Shown piece after piece: positions 9,276 to 17,515 of a stretch of DNA of 64,000 nucleotides. This DNA is from a virus. Taxonomy: Duplodnaviria > Caudoviricetes. Location of the stretch: positions 1 to 64,000 of the IMG/VR virus record IMGVR_UViG_2767802067_000003; one strand, written 5' to 3'. The translations under genes were made by a program, and so were the position numbers. The notes under the pieces were generated by a model. That model did no database searches and was not told the DNA's origin. It saw only the letters and a program-made list of their open reading frames with translations. How positions within the stretch are numbered: the stretch's first letter is position 1; each line of letters starts with the position of its first letter.

Positions 9276-9801
9276 CGGCCACGTGCACGATCTGTGGCTC
9301 CTGCCGCAGGTCGACCTGGTGATTGAGTTCGTGGCGCCCTGCTGCGGCAAGTTCCTGATGACGAGCCTTCCGGCTGGTTGGGTCTCCTACCCCTGGGCTG
9401 ACGTGGTGACCAAGGCCGCCCACCACCTCGGCGGCCGGCATCGAGGGACGTGGGGCCAGTACCGTGAGACCGAACCGCGAGGCTTGGGCCACAGCAACGT
9501 CCTCGAGGCCGAACGGCACTCCCCGGAAGGGTCCTACGACGGTCCGACCGACGAGACCGCGTTCCTGCGAGGCGGCCCATTCGACGGCGAGCTGGAGCCC
9601 TTCCCGCCGACGCTCCTGGACGACGTGTGCCCGCGCCTGGTCCGCAGACTGCCGCCTCAGCTCCTGCCACCGGACCCCGACCCGGCCAAGCCACCGCACC
9701 GTGTACCGCGAGCCGTCTACCAAGCTCTGCGGGACCACCACGGGTTCTTCTCCCGGGACGACCGGGGCCGGATCAGGTTCGACTTCTGGGGGTTCCAGTG
9801 A
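9268..9801 (+). CDS. Hypothetical protein
   Basis: Overlaps the previous stop; LRGGPFDG motif. Confidence 0.55.
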   Translation: MADGHVHDLWLLPQVDLVIEFVAPCCGKFLMTSLPAGWVSYPWADVVTKAAHHLGGRHRGTWGQYRETEPRGLGHSNVLEAERHSPEGSYDGPTDETAFLRGGPFDGELEPFPPTLLDDVCPRLVRRLPPQLLPPDPDPAKPPHRVPRAVYQALRDHHGFFSRDDRGRIRFDFWGFQ

Positions 9802-9962
9802 ACGTCCCTGGGGGCTGGAGCAGCGGAATCAGCATCGTGCGCCGCGACCTCAACGTCGTGCCGACGGGCACCCGCAGCTACGTACACCAGATCTGCTGAG
9901 CGCGAGGCAGGGCAAAGGAAAACCCGTGGCCATCGGCCTGCCAGGTCCATACGCTCATTCAC

Positions 9963-10040
9963 AGCACCGTAGAGCAGCTCGGTCAGCTCGGCGGCCTCAT
10001 AAGCCGCAGGTCGCGGGTTCGAATCCCGCCGGTGCGACCA
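9963..10040 (+). tRNA. tRNA-Met(CAT), initiator-like
   Basis: Cloverleaf; 1:72 mismatch (A.G), A11:U24, CCA encoded. Confidence 0.85.
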
Positions 10041-10041
10041 C

Positions 10042-10119
10042 GCGTTGAGTGCTGGGACACGAACGGGCCTGTAAAGCCTGTGCCTTCGGGCTAGCGAGGT
10101 TCGATTCCTCGGCAGCGCA
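10042..10119 (+). tRNA. tRNA-Tyr(GTA), atypical D arm
   Basis: Anticodon stem CGGGC/GCCTG, variable hairpin GCC-ttcg-GGC, T arm CGAGG-TTCGATT-CCTCG. Confidence 0.7.
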
Positions 10120-10121
10120 CT

Positions 10122-10197
10122 GTGATCGTAGCTCAACGGCTAGAGCACCGCGTTGTGGTCGCGGATGTTGCGGGTTCGAGTCCCGCCGATCACCCCA
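10122..10197 (+). tRNA. tRNA-His(GTG)
   Basis: Canonical cloverleaf, C73, CCA; the -1 base is T, not G. Confidence 0.9.
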
Positions 10198-10198
10198 A

Positions 10199-10271
10199 GG
10201 CGTCGTACCCCAACGGCAGAGGGAACCGGTTCAGGACCGGTCCAGTGTGCGTTCGAATCGCACCGACGCTA
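10199..10271 (+). tRNA. tRNA-Leu(CAG), short variable loop
   Basis: GGCGTCG/CGACGCT acceptor, ACCGG-ttCAGga-CCGGT, A73. Confidence 0.85.
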
Positions 10272-10276
10272 CGCAA

Positions 10277-10351
10277 GGCGCTGTAGCCCAACCAGGCAGA
10301 GGCGGCGGTCTGAGGGACCGCAGGTTGCAGGTTCGACTCCTGTCAGCGCCA
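10277..10351 (+). tRNA. tRNA-Leu(GAG), short variable loop
   Basis: GGCGCTG/CAGCGCC acceptor, GCGGT-ctGAGgg-ACCGC, A73. Confidence 0.85.
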
Positions 10352-10356
10352 CGCAT

Positions 10357-10441
10357 GGAGGATTGGCCGAGCGGTAAGGCAGCGGCTTGCTAAGCCGTCG
10401 TCGGGGTCACACCCGCGCAGGTTCGATCCCTGCATCCTCCG
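10357..10441 (+). tRNA. tRNA-Ser(GCT)
   Basis: GGAGGAT/ATCCTCC acceptor, long variable arm, G73. Confidence 0.9.
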
Positions 10442-10492
10442 CAGGCTTCCACACTCACCGGCCCGTGAGGGTACGGCCGTGGAAGCTGCCCT

Positions 10493-10579
10493 GGAAGGTC
10501 CGGCATGTGGCGTGCCAAGCGCTCTCGAAAAGCGTGGCGGGTGACACCGCGGCGAGTTCGACTCTCGCACCTTCCGCCA
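10493..10579 (+). tRNA. tRNA-Ser(CGA), atypical D arm
   Basis: GGAAGGT/ACCTTCC acceptor, GCGCT-ctCGAaa-AGCGT, long variable arm, G73, CCA. Confidence 0.8.
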
Positions 10580-10580
10580 A

Positions 10581-10655
10581 GCGGTCGTAGCTCAGGCTGG
10601 CCAGAGCATCCGGCTCCAACCCGGAGTGCCGCAGGTTCGAATCCTGCCGACCGTG
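10581..10655 (+). tRNA. tRNA-Trp(CCA)
   Basis: TCCGG-ctCCAac-CCGGA, canonical T arm, G73. Confidence 0.9.
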
Positions 10656-10660
10656 CTCGA

Positions 10661-10732
10661 TCCCCGTTGGTGTAACCGGCAGCACAGCAGGCTCTGGACC
10701 TGCGAGTCGAGGTTCGAATCCTCGGTGGGGAG
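10661..10732 (+). tRNA. tRNA-Gln(CTG)
   Basis: TCCCCGT/GTGGGGA acceptor, GCAGG-ctCTGga-CCTGC. Confidence 0.85.
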
Positions 10733-10736
10733 CCCA

Positions 10737-10811
10737 GGCCGGGTGAGCGCAACTGGCTGACCTCGCCCGCTCAAAACGGGCGGCCTGCGGGTTCGAATCC
10801 CGCCCCGGCCA
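10737..10811 (+). tRNA. tRNA-Leu(CAA), short variable loop
   Basis: GGCCGGG/CCCGGCC acceptor, GCCCG-ctCAAaa-CGGGC, A73. Confidence 0.8.
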
Positions 10812-10824
10812 CCGTCCGGCCAGC

Positions 10825-10872
10825 TGTTTCCTCGGGAAACACCCCGGCGCCCGCATGGCCCCCGGGCGCCGG
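10825..10872. terminator. Tandem hairpins ending the tRNA array
   Basis: TGTTTCC-tcg-GGAAACA and CCGGCGCCCG...CGGGCGCCGG between convergent units. Confidence 0.55.
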
Positions 10873-10918
10873 CTCAGCTCGGCGCTCGGCGGCCGACGCC
10901 ACTTGAGGTCTCGTTCGG

Positions 10919-11356
10919 TCAGACCAAGACGATCAGGAGCGAGGCGAGCCACAGGCAGAGCCAGTGCTGACTCTGGTCAACCAGGTAGCGGCCCTGCGGG
11001 TCCTTCGCCCACTGGGGGCTACGGGTGATTCGCATGAACAGGGCAACGGGCCACCGCCGATCCCAGAATCCATGCGTCACCACCAAGAAGGCGACCCCGG
11101 CCGCGCAGCCGGTGACGCCCACCCGCAGGTCGAGCGCGAATACCACGGCAGCGAGCATCACGATCATCACGGCGTGGTAGCTCACCAGGTGGCCGAGCAT
11201 GGCCCGCCAGGACTCCGCGTTGGTCGTCCCGCTGTCGGGCCCGGGCCTGCCCTTGTGCGCCGCCTGGTGGTCCGTCTGCGCGCTGTGGTCACCCCACATA
11301 TGGGCAACCAGGAGCGTCAACAGGACAGCGGCGAAGGTTGAAGCGTTGGTGTTCAA
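10919..11356 (-). CDS. DUF3307-like membrane protein
   Basis: HxxGD...Q...HxxxY...HxxxDRR...DQSQH pattern; TTG start after GGAGGGG. Confidence 0.75.
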   Translation of the reverse strand: MNTNASTFAAVLLTLLVAHMWGDHSAQTDHQAAHKGRPGPDSGTTNAESWRAMLGHLVSYHAVMIVMLAAVVFALDLRVGVTGCAAGVAFLVVTHGFWDRRWPVALFMRITRSPQWAKDPQGRYLVDQSQHWLCLWLASLLIVLV

Positions 11357-11570
11357 AGCCCCTCCGGTACAGAAGGGGCGACCCCAATAGTCGCCCGCCA
11401 TAAGCGCGACGTGTCAAGTGGTTTGTTACAAAGCAGGGCGCAGACGGTGCCCGCCGCGCCCATGCTGCTGTTGCCCGGATGGGCTGACGAACCATTCCGC
11501 ATTCCTGCGGGTCCTTTGCGACCTACCGCCCGTCATCCTCACCCCACCACCTGCGAGAGCGAGCCCTGGC

Positions 11571-11732
11571 ATGCGGATCACCGCCTCCCGCGGCGACAAC
11601 AGCGTCACCATCGAGATCGACGGCGCCGACCCGAAGCTCCTGAAGCAGGCCGAAGAGGCCGCCCGCCGACTGCTCGGCGACAACGCCCCCAAGCCGCCGA
11701 AGCTGAAGATCGGCTTCGCCGCACCCGAGTGA
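11571..11732 (+). CDS. Small hypothetical protein
   Basis: 53 aa, coding-like. Confidence 0.5.
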   Translation: MRITASRGDNSVTIEIDGADPKLLKQAEEAARRLLGDNAPKPPKLKIGFAAPE

Positions 11733-11913
11733 CCGTCAGGGCCCAGCCCAGCGTCACCATCCGGCTGAGCCTCACCAGCTCCGCCCCCAAGCAGACCCCG
11801 CGCGGACGCAACCGATCCGGCGGGGCCTTTGACGTCGGCCGCCGTGACTGAGGGGTCCACGGCGGCCGACCCCCCCTCCGACACGGGCCCCTCCCGAGCG
11901 AAGGACCCCTCAC

Positions 11914-12471
11914 ATGACCACCACGTACACCGGCAAGGTCGTCCTGGTCGAGCGCGTCAACCCGAGCGAGACGCACTCCTCGTACAACGACGGCCAGTAC
12001 CTCATCTACGCCGAGACCGGCTCCCAGCTGTTCGGTCACCGCATGGACGGCTCCTACGGCGGCCTCGGCGTCTACGCCCTGAGCGGCCGCAGCGGTACCA
12101 GCGGCATTCCGCTGGCCGGTGAGGCCGCGTATCGCGTCGTGGCCGTCGACAACGCGGAGCAGTGGATGCTCGACGCGCTGGACAGCGCCGACGAGGAGAT
12201 CCGCGCCGTCCGCGCTGGTGAGCGGAAAGCCGACTGGATCGGCGGTGTCTACGAGAGCGCGGAGAACCGCTCCCGCCAGCTCCGGAAGACGCTGGAGAAG
12301 GCCCTGGCCGAGCCCGAGCCCGAGCCCGGGGAGTCGGCGGGGTACGAGGACGAGCCGCTGGCAATGGAAGAGCACACCAGCACGGCCCTCTTCTTCGCGT
12401 CGGTCCCGCTGCCGCCCACCGTACGGATCACCGTCCCGGCCGGCGTCCAGGTCCTGGTCACCACCGAGTAG
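11914..12471 (+). CDS. Hypothetical protein
   Basis: GAAGGA RBS; followed by a hairpin. Confidence 0.7.
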   Translation: MTTTYTGKVVLVERVNPSETHSSYNDGQYLIYAETGSQLFGHRMDGSYGGLGVYALSGRSGTSGIPLAGEAAYRVVAVDNAEQWMLDALDSADEEIRAVRAGERKADWIGGVYESAENRSRQLRKTLEKALAEPEPEPGESAGYEDEPLAMEEHTSTALFFASVPLPPTVRITVPAGVQVLVTTE

Positions 12472-12553
12472 ACCTCGCCTCCAGCCTTCGCAGACCTCCC
12501 ACCCAACGGGTGCGGAGGTCTTCGCATGCCCGCCACCAACCTGGGAGCACCCC

Positions 12554-12865
12554 TTGGACACTGACCCGGCCGTCGACACCACCACCGCCACCCTGACCCG
12601 CGCCGAGCGCCGCCGCCGACACCGCGAGGAGCGCGCCGCCAGTGTTCGCCGCGCCCCGCAGCCCAGCCGCAACCGTCGCCAGCGCCGCGACCTGTTCGGC
12701 CCGCCCCCGGCCGTCCATGCCACGCACCGGCTGCCGCGCCGCGCGAGGAACGTCCTGGCCGCCGTCACCCCGACGTCCGGCCAGGCCCGCGTGAACGCCA
12801 AGCGCCTGGACCGCGCCGTGTTCTGGGCCAACGCCTACTTCGACGGCCGCCTCCTGACCGTCTGA
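12554..12865 (+). CDS. Arg-rich hypothetical protein
   Basis: GGGAG RBS, TTG start. Confidence 0.5.
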   Translation: MDTDPAVDTTTATLTRAERRRRHREERAASVRRAPQPSRNRRQRRDLFGPPPAVHATHRLPRRARNVLAAVTPTSGQARVNAKRLDRAVFWANAYFDGRLLTV

Positions 12866-13006
12866 CCCAGCCCCTACCGGCCGACCCACGGCCCTGTAGA
12901 CGGCCCGCGTCCGGCGGCGCGCGTGGACCCCCGCACCTGCAAGGGGGGCCACCCCGCCGGACGCGGGCGACCCACCCCCCACTCACCCCATTGCGAGGAA
13001 AACACC

Positions 13007-13453
13007 ATGTCTGCTCTCGATTCGCTCCACGACGCCATCGACAAGCTGGAGGACGAGGGCCACAGCCTCTCGGGCCACCTGCGTACCATCGCCGAGCACA
13101 TCAAGGCCGACCTGTTCGGCGCCGGCAAGAACGAGGCCACCACGCTGGAGACTCTGGTCCATTCCCTGGCTTCCGCGCTGTCGCCGGTCCTGGACGCCGC
13201 CAAGGCCGACACCATCTCCCAGACCAAGTCGCTGTTCGCCGACGCCCTGGCCGTGGCCGAGCCGGTCCTCAAGACCGGCACCACCGAGGCCCACCAGGCT
13301 CTCTCCGACCTGGTGACCGCCCTCAAGAGCGCCCTGGGCGGCGCCCCGGACCCGGCCACCACCGCGCCGACCAGTCCGGACCCGGCTCCGGCGGCGGACC
13401 CGGCGGCCGCGACCTCGACCGCCCCGGAGGCTGCGGCCACCGTCGCGCCGTAG
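13007..13453 (+). CDS. Hypothetical protein
   Basis: GAGGA RBS; helical, with an Ala/Pro tail. Confidence 0.7.
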   Translation: MSALDSLHDAIDKLEDEGHSLSGHLRTIAEHIKADLFGAGKNEATTLETLVHSLASALSPVLDAAKADTISQTKSLFADALAVAEPVLKTGTTEAHQALSDLVTALKSALGGAPDPATTAPTSPDPAPAADPAAATSTAPEAAATVAP

Positions 13454-13570
13454 CCCAACCCCCGACCGCCACGACGGCCGCCGCCGAGCTTCCCGGCTAC
13501 GGCTCCGGTCCGGACGCGCCCGCGCTGGCGGCCGTCGTGGCACCCCAACCCCCAGAGAGGAGGGAGCGCC

Positions 13571-14140
13571 ATGGCCGTCGAGTACGTAGAGACCCGCGCT
13601 GTCCCCCTGCGAGACCTGAGCCCGTACCCCGGCAACGCCAAGCGCGGCGATGTCCCTGCGATCCAGCAGTCGCTGCGCAAGACCGGCCAGTACCGCTCCC
13701 TCGTCGTCCGCGACACCGGAAACGCCCTGATCGTCCTGGCGGGCAACCACACGCTCAAGGCCCTGAAGGCCAACGGCGAGAAGACCGCCCGCTGCGAGGT
13801 CATCACCTGCACCGACGCCGACGCGCGCCGCATCAACCTCGCCGACAACCGGCTCTCCGAGCTCGGCACCTTCGATGACGACGCCCTCGCCGAACTCCTC
13901 CAGGCCATGGCCGACGACGGAGGCCTGGACGGCACCGGCTACACCACCGCCGACCTCGACCAGCTCCTCGCCGACGACGACGCAGCCACCTCCGCCGCCA
14001 TCGAAGGCGACGCCGACCAGGGCGACGACGACCACGGCCTGTGGGGCGTCATCGTGACGTGCGCCAACGAGGACGAGCAGGTCGAACTCCTCGACCGCCT
14101 CAGCGCCGAAGGCCGGCACGTCCGAGCTCTCATCACCTGA
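13571..14140 (+). CDS. ParB/Sulfiredoxin N-terminal domain protein
   Basis: LxPYPGNAK...SL...G...LVV...VLAGNH...A...LADNR motif. Confidence 0.85.
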   Translation: MAVEYVETRAVPLRDLSPYPGNAKRGDVPAIQQSLRKTGQYRSLVVRDTGNALIVLAGNHTLKALKANGEKTARCEVITCTDADARRINLADNRLSELGTFDDDALAELLQAMADDGGLDGTGYTTADLDQLLADDDAATSAAIEGDADQGDDDHGLWGVIVTCANEDEQVELLDRLSAEGRHVRALIT

Positions 14141-14151
14141 CGGAGCCCTGC

Positions 14152-15255
14152 ATGCACGCCCACATCGAAGTCTCCACCCCGATCCACTCCAGCGCCCGCG
14201 TCCTCCAGGCCAGCGGCCTGTTCGACGTCCCGATCGAGGCGAAGACCACGCTCAGCTGGGACGCCGACCTGCCCCTGGAAGACAAGGACTGGAACGTCGG
14301 CCTGATCGTCGGCCCGTCCGGCTCCGGCAAGTCGACTCTCGCCCGGCACCTGTGGCCGGACCAGCTCGCCACCACCTACGACTGGTCGACCGACCGCAGC
14401 CTGATGGACGACTTCCCGGCCAAGATGAGCGTGCGGCAGATCGTCGCGCTCCTCAACGCCGTCGGCCTGTCCTCCCCGCCGGCCTGGCTGCGCCCCCACC
14501 ACACCCTGTCCAACGGCGAAGCCTTCCGGGCGACGATCGCCCGGGCCCTGGCCGAGACCGATGACGCCGACACTGTCGTCATCGATGAGTTCACCTCCGT
14601 CGTGGACCGGCAGGTCGCCAAGGTCGCGAGCCACACGGTGCAGAAGACGGTCCGCCGCCAGAAGCGCCAGCTGGTCGCTGTCACCTGCCACTATGACGTG
14701 GAGGACTGGCTGCAGCCCGACTGGGTGTACGACGTCGCCGCCGGCTCGTTCAGCTGGAGGTCGGTTCAACCCCACCCTGAGCTCGAACTGCGGATCCACC
14801 GCGTGGACCGAGCCGTCTGGCCCACCTTCAGCCGTCATCACTATCTGAGCGCCGACCTCGCCAAGTCCGCTCAGTGCTACGGCGGCTGGATCGACGGACA
14901 GCTGGTCGCGTTCACCTCGTACATCCACCTGCCCCACTCCAAGATCCGGGACATGAAGATGGCCCACCGCACGGTCGTCCTCCCGGACTTCCAGGGCCTG
15001 GGCATCGCCGGGAAGATGGTGGAGTTCGTCGGCCAGTCACTGCACGAGAAGGGCTACCGGTTCCGGCGCGTCATCGCGCACCCGGCCGTCATCGCGTACT
15101 GCCTGCGCTCACCGCGGTGGCGCGAGAACGAGAAGCCCGGCGGCCGCAGCAACTTGCGCTCCCGCAGTGTGTCGCCCGCCTTGCGCGCCCGGTTCGCTGA
15201 CCCCCGCCGCCTACTCACCCGCTCCTTCGAGTACCAGCCGCCGGCCAAGCGCTGA
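14152..15255 (+). CDS. ABC-type ATPase fused to a GNAT (Mom-like) acetyltransferase
   Basis: Walker A GPSGSGKST, signature LSNGE, Walker B IDEFTS, H-loop VTCH; C-terminal RTVVLPDFQGLGIA acyl-CoA motif. Confidence 0.85.
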   Translation: MHAHIEVSTPIHSSARVLQASGLFDVPIEAKTTLSWDADLPLEDKDWNVGLIVGPSGSGKSTLARHLWPDQLATTYDWSTDRSLMDDFPAKMSVRQIVALLNAVGLSSPPAWLRPHHTLSNGEAFRATIARALAETDDADTVVIDEFTSVVDRQVAKVASHTVQKTVRRQKRQLVAVTCHYDVEDWLQPDWVYDVAAGSFSWRSVQPHPELELRIHRVDRAVWPTFSRHHYLSADLAKSAQCYGGWIDGQLVAFTSYIHLPHSKIRDMKMAHRTVVLPDFQGLGIAGKMVEFVGQSLHEKGYRFRRVIAHPAVIAYCLRSPRWRENEKPGGRSNLRSRSVSPALRARFADPRRLLTRSFEYQPPAKR

Positions 15256-15876
15256 CCCTGCAAAGGCGTCCCTCCAGGTGTGGGGCGCCCGGAACATGCC
15301 CAGCTTCCCCTGGCACGTGATGAGCTGGTCGGCGGCTATCGGCTGGGTGAGCTCCCAGTGCCACATACCCGGCACGGCCCACGACGAGGTCGAGTCCTGA
15401 GCGCAGCCGGTGACCGTGACCGCTCCGACGATGTGCCCGTAGCGACGGGCCTCGTCCGGCACGGCGATGCCGCGGGCCTTCAGCGCGGTCTCGCCCGCGT
15501 CCGCCCACCGGCGCCCTGCGTGGATCAGCAGCGGGCCGCGCAGGCGGGTGAGCCGGCTGCGGTTCTCGATGTCCTTCCCTGCGTGGATGATCGCCCAGGC
15601 CCACGGCTGTCGGACCGTCAGCACCATGGGTGAGACCTCGGCGGGGGCAGCCTGGACGCGTTCGCCCAGGAGCAGCTTGAGCCGGTGAGGCTGGAAGCGG
15701 TCGAGCCGGATCCGCGTCGCACGCTGTGGAAGAGCCACGACGGCCTTCTGCGGCGTCACCGCGACCGGCTGGAGCGTCGCGTGTGTCGCGTCCACCGCGT
15801 CGACCCGCAGCTTGCGGCCGCCCGACCGGCTGCTGATGTCCTGCCAGACCTGGCCGACCTCTACGAGCACGCTCAC
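15211..15876 (-). CDS. ASCH domain protein with an N-terminal small beta domain
   Basis: LTVRQPWAWAI..xGKDIENRS...RGPLLIHAG...G.IVG...W.L...G.LG ASCH signature. Confidence 0.8.
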   Translation of the reverse strand: MSVLVEVGQVWQDISSRSGGRKLRVDAVDATHATLQPVAVTPQKAVVALPQRATRIRLDRFQPHRLKLLLGERVQAAPAEVSPMVLTVRQPWAWAIIHAGKDIENRSRLTRLRGPLLIHAGRRWADAGETALKARGIAVPDEARRYGHIVGAVTVTGCAQDSTSSWAVPGMWHWELTQPIAADQLITCQGKLGMFRAPHTWRDAFAGSALGRRLVLEGAGE

Positions 15877-16364
15877 TGGGAGCCGTCCTTGCGTTTCGGG
15901 CCGCCGCCGGCCCCTCGGCCGGGGCGCCGGTGGTTACGGATTACCTCCGCTGGCCATGTCGGTGTGCGCCCGCGCATCGTCGCCTCCGGCAGGACACCGG
16001 GCCGCATGCGGTACGTGCGCACCGACTCCACGCTGATGCCCCAGTACACGGCGACGTCCTGCATCGTCCACACGTCCTTGCCGTTGAGCTCCTCCAGCTG
16101 CTTCGCGCGGGCGGCGTCCAGTTCCTGCTGCTGGGTCCCCGGGCGCGGATGGTCGCGGATCGTGTCAGGCTTCCACACCGGCGCCCGGTTGATCGTCTCG
16201 TCCGGATCCGGCAGGAAGCCGGCACGCGTGAAGCGGTAGGTGCGTACCGACTTCGGACTCATGTTCCAGTACACGGCGATGTCGTCGTAGGTCCAGTACG
16301 GCTTGGCGTTCAGCTCCTCGAGCAGCTCTGTTCGTTCGTCGTCGGGCTTGTCTGCAGCGCTCAT
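15873..16364 (-). CDS. Tandem duplicated AlpA/MerR-type HTH protein
   Basis: Two repeats of LEELNxKxxWTxxDxAVYWxxSxxSVRTYR...LP...PxW...IRxHxRPG; TACACT -10 six nt before ATG (leaderless). Confidence 0.75.
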   Translation of the reverse strand: MSAADKPDDERTELLEELNAKPYWTYDDIAVYWNMSPKSVRTYRFTRAGFLPDPDETINRAPVWKPDTIRDHPRPGTQQQELDAARAKQLEELNGKDVWTMQDVAVYWGISVESVRTYRMRPGVLPEATMRGRTPTWPAEVIRNHRRPGRGAGGGPKRKDGSQ

Positions 16365-16463
16365 ACCGACAGTGTAGCGCCGACATAGACAAAGTTACGG
16401 TGTGCACTCTCGATAGTCCACGCCACATGGACATTGTTTCTGTCTAGAGATCGGGGGGAACCT

Positions 16464-16793
16464 ATGTCGGCCGCCAGCAACGAAGACCACCAGCGGGCTG
16501 TCACCGCTCTCAACCTCAAGCTGGCTGGCGTCGACTGGGACACCATCGCGGACCGCCTCGGCTTCGCCGACCCTGTTGACGCGATCGACGCGGCCCAGGA
16601 AGTCGCCGCCACTCACTATGACGGCCAGAGCATCGACCCCGCCCTGATCCTCGAGGTCCTGCGCCTGGACAAGCTGCACACCGTCGCCTGGAAGGAAGCC
16701 CTCAAGGGCGACCTCAACGCGGCCCGCCTGGCCCTCGACATCGGCGACCGCCGCCAGCGCCTGCTCCGCGTGAACCAGAGGAGCCGGGATTGA
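16464..16793 (+). CDS. HTH protein, terminase small subunit-like
   Basis: ALxLKLAG...IAxRLG...LEVLRLD...W..A..GD..A...RR..LL pattern, just upstream of TerL. Confidence 0.65.
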   Translation: MSAASNEDHQRAVTALNLKLAGVDWDTIADRLGFADPVDAIDAAQEVAATHYDGQSIDPALILEVLRLDKLHTVAWKEALKGDLNAARLALDIGDRRQRLLRVNQRSRD

Positions 16794-17425
16794 GCAGCAC
16801 TCGAAGCCAGTACCGGGAGACCGGCGAGTGGACCCAGAACCGCCGCCCACCGGACCAGTGGGACTTCCCCCGCTGCGGGGCACGCCTGCGCGGTGACCCG
16901 TCCCGTACCTGCGGCCAGAAGGCCGGTATGGGCACCGACCACGCCGGGTTCGGACCCTGCAAGTACCACGGCGGCAACACCGCGGCGCACCGGATGCGGG
17001 CCGCCACCGAGATGGCCGAGCACCAAGCCAACCAGATGCTCGCCGACATGCGCGTGCAGGCTGTCGAAGATCCCTTCGCCGCGCTCGCCAAGCTCGCCGG
17101 GCAGGCCCTGGCCTGGCAGGAAGCCCTCGGGAAGATCGTCAACCGCCTCCAGGACCGTCTCCGTTACGAAGGCGCCGGCGGCGCCGAGCAGCTGCGCGCC
17201 GAGGTCGCCCTCTACGAGCGGGCCATGGACCGGGCCGCAGCGATCCTCGCCCGCATCGCCCAGCTCGGCATCGAAGAGCGCATGGCCAGGATCACCGAGC
17301 GGCAGGCCGAACTCGTCCTGTCCGCGCTCGAAGCCGCGCTGTCCCACGTCGGCGTCACCGGCACCGACGCGGCCGAAGCCCGTGCGGTCGCCGCCCGACA
17401 TCTACGCGCAGTCCCGGCCGCCTGA
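16790..17425 (+). CDS. HGGxSTG-like protein, terminase small subunit candidate
   Basis: CGA...C...G.G.CKYHGGNT motif. Confidence 0.65.
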   Translation: MSSTRSQYRETGEWTQNRRPPDQWDFPRCGARLRGDPSRTCGQKAGMGTDHAGFGPCKYHGGNTAAHRMRAATEMAEHQANQMLADMRVQAVEDPFAALAKLAGQALAWQEALGKIVNRLQDRLRYEGAGGAEQLRAEVALYERAMDRAAAILARIAQLGIEERMARITERQAELVLSALEAALSHVGVTGTDAAEARAVAARHLRAVPAA

Positions 17426-17515
17426 ACCTCGGAGCCAACCAAGCGGCGCAGAGCAGGACCTATCCGATGGCCCCAACTTCGACGGTCACACCGAACGGTT
17501 CAGGGGGGTGGCCGG

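Noticed and set aside
10042-10579. Selenocysteine, suppressor or 8/4-9/3 allo-tRNAs
   Set aside because: Anticodons are sense (GTA, CGA) and acceptor/T stems are 7/5.
9963-10811. tRNA gene as prophage attachment site or host boundary
   Set aside because: No duplicated tRNA 3' end elsewhere in the window, and phage-like genes lie on both sides.
13571-14140. ParABS partition system (ParB gene plus ParA-like 45493)
   Set aside because: The ParB protein has only the N-terminal domain with no HTH, the ParA is a fragment, and they are 31 kb apart.
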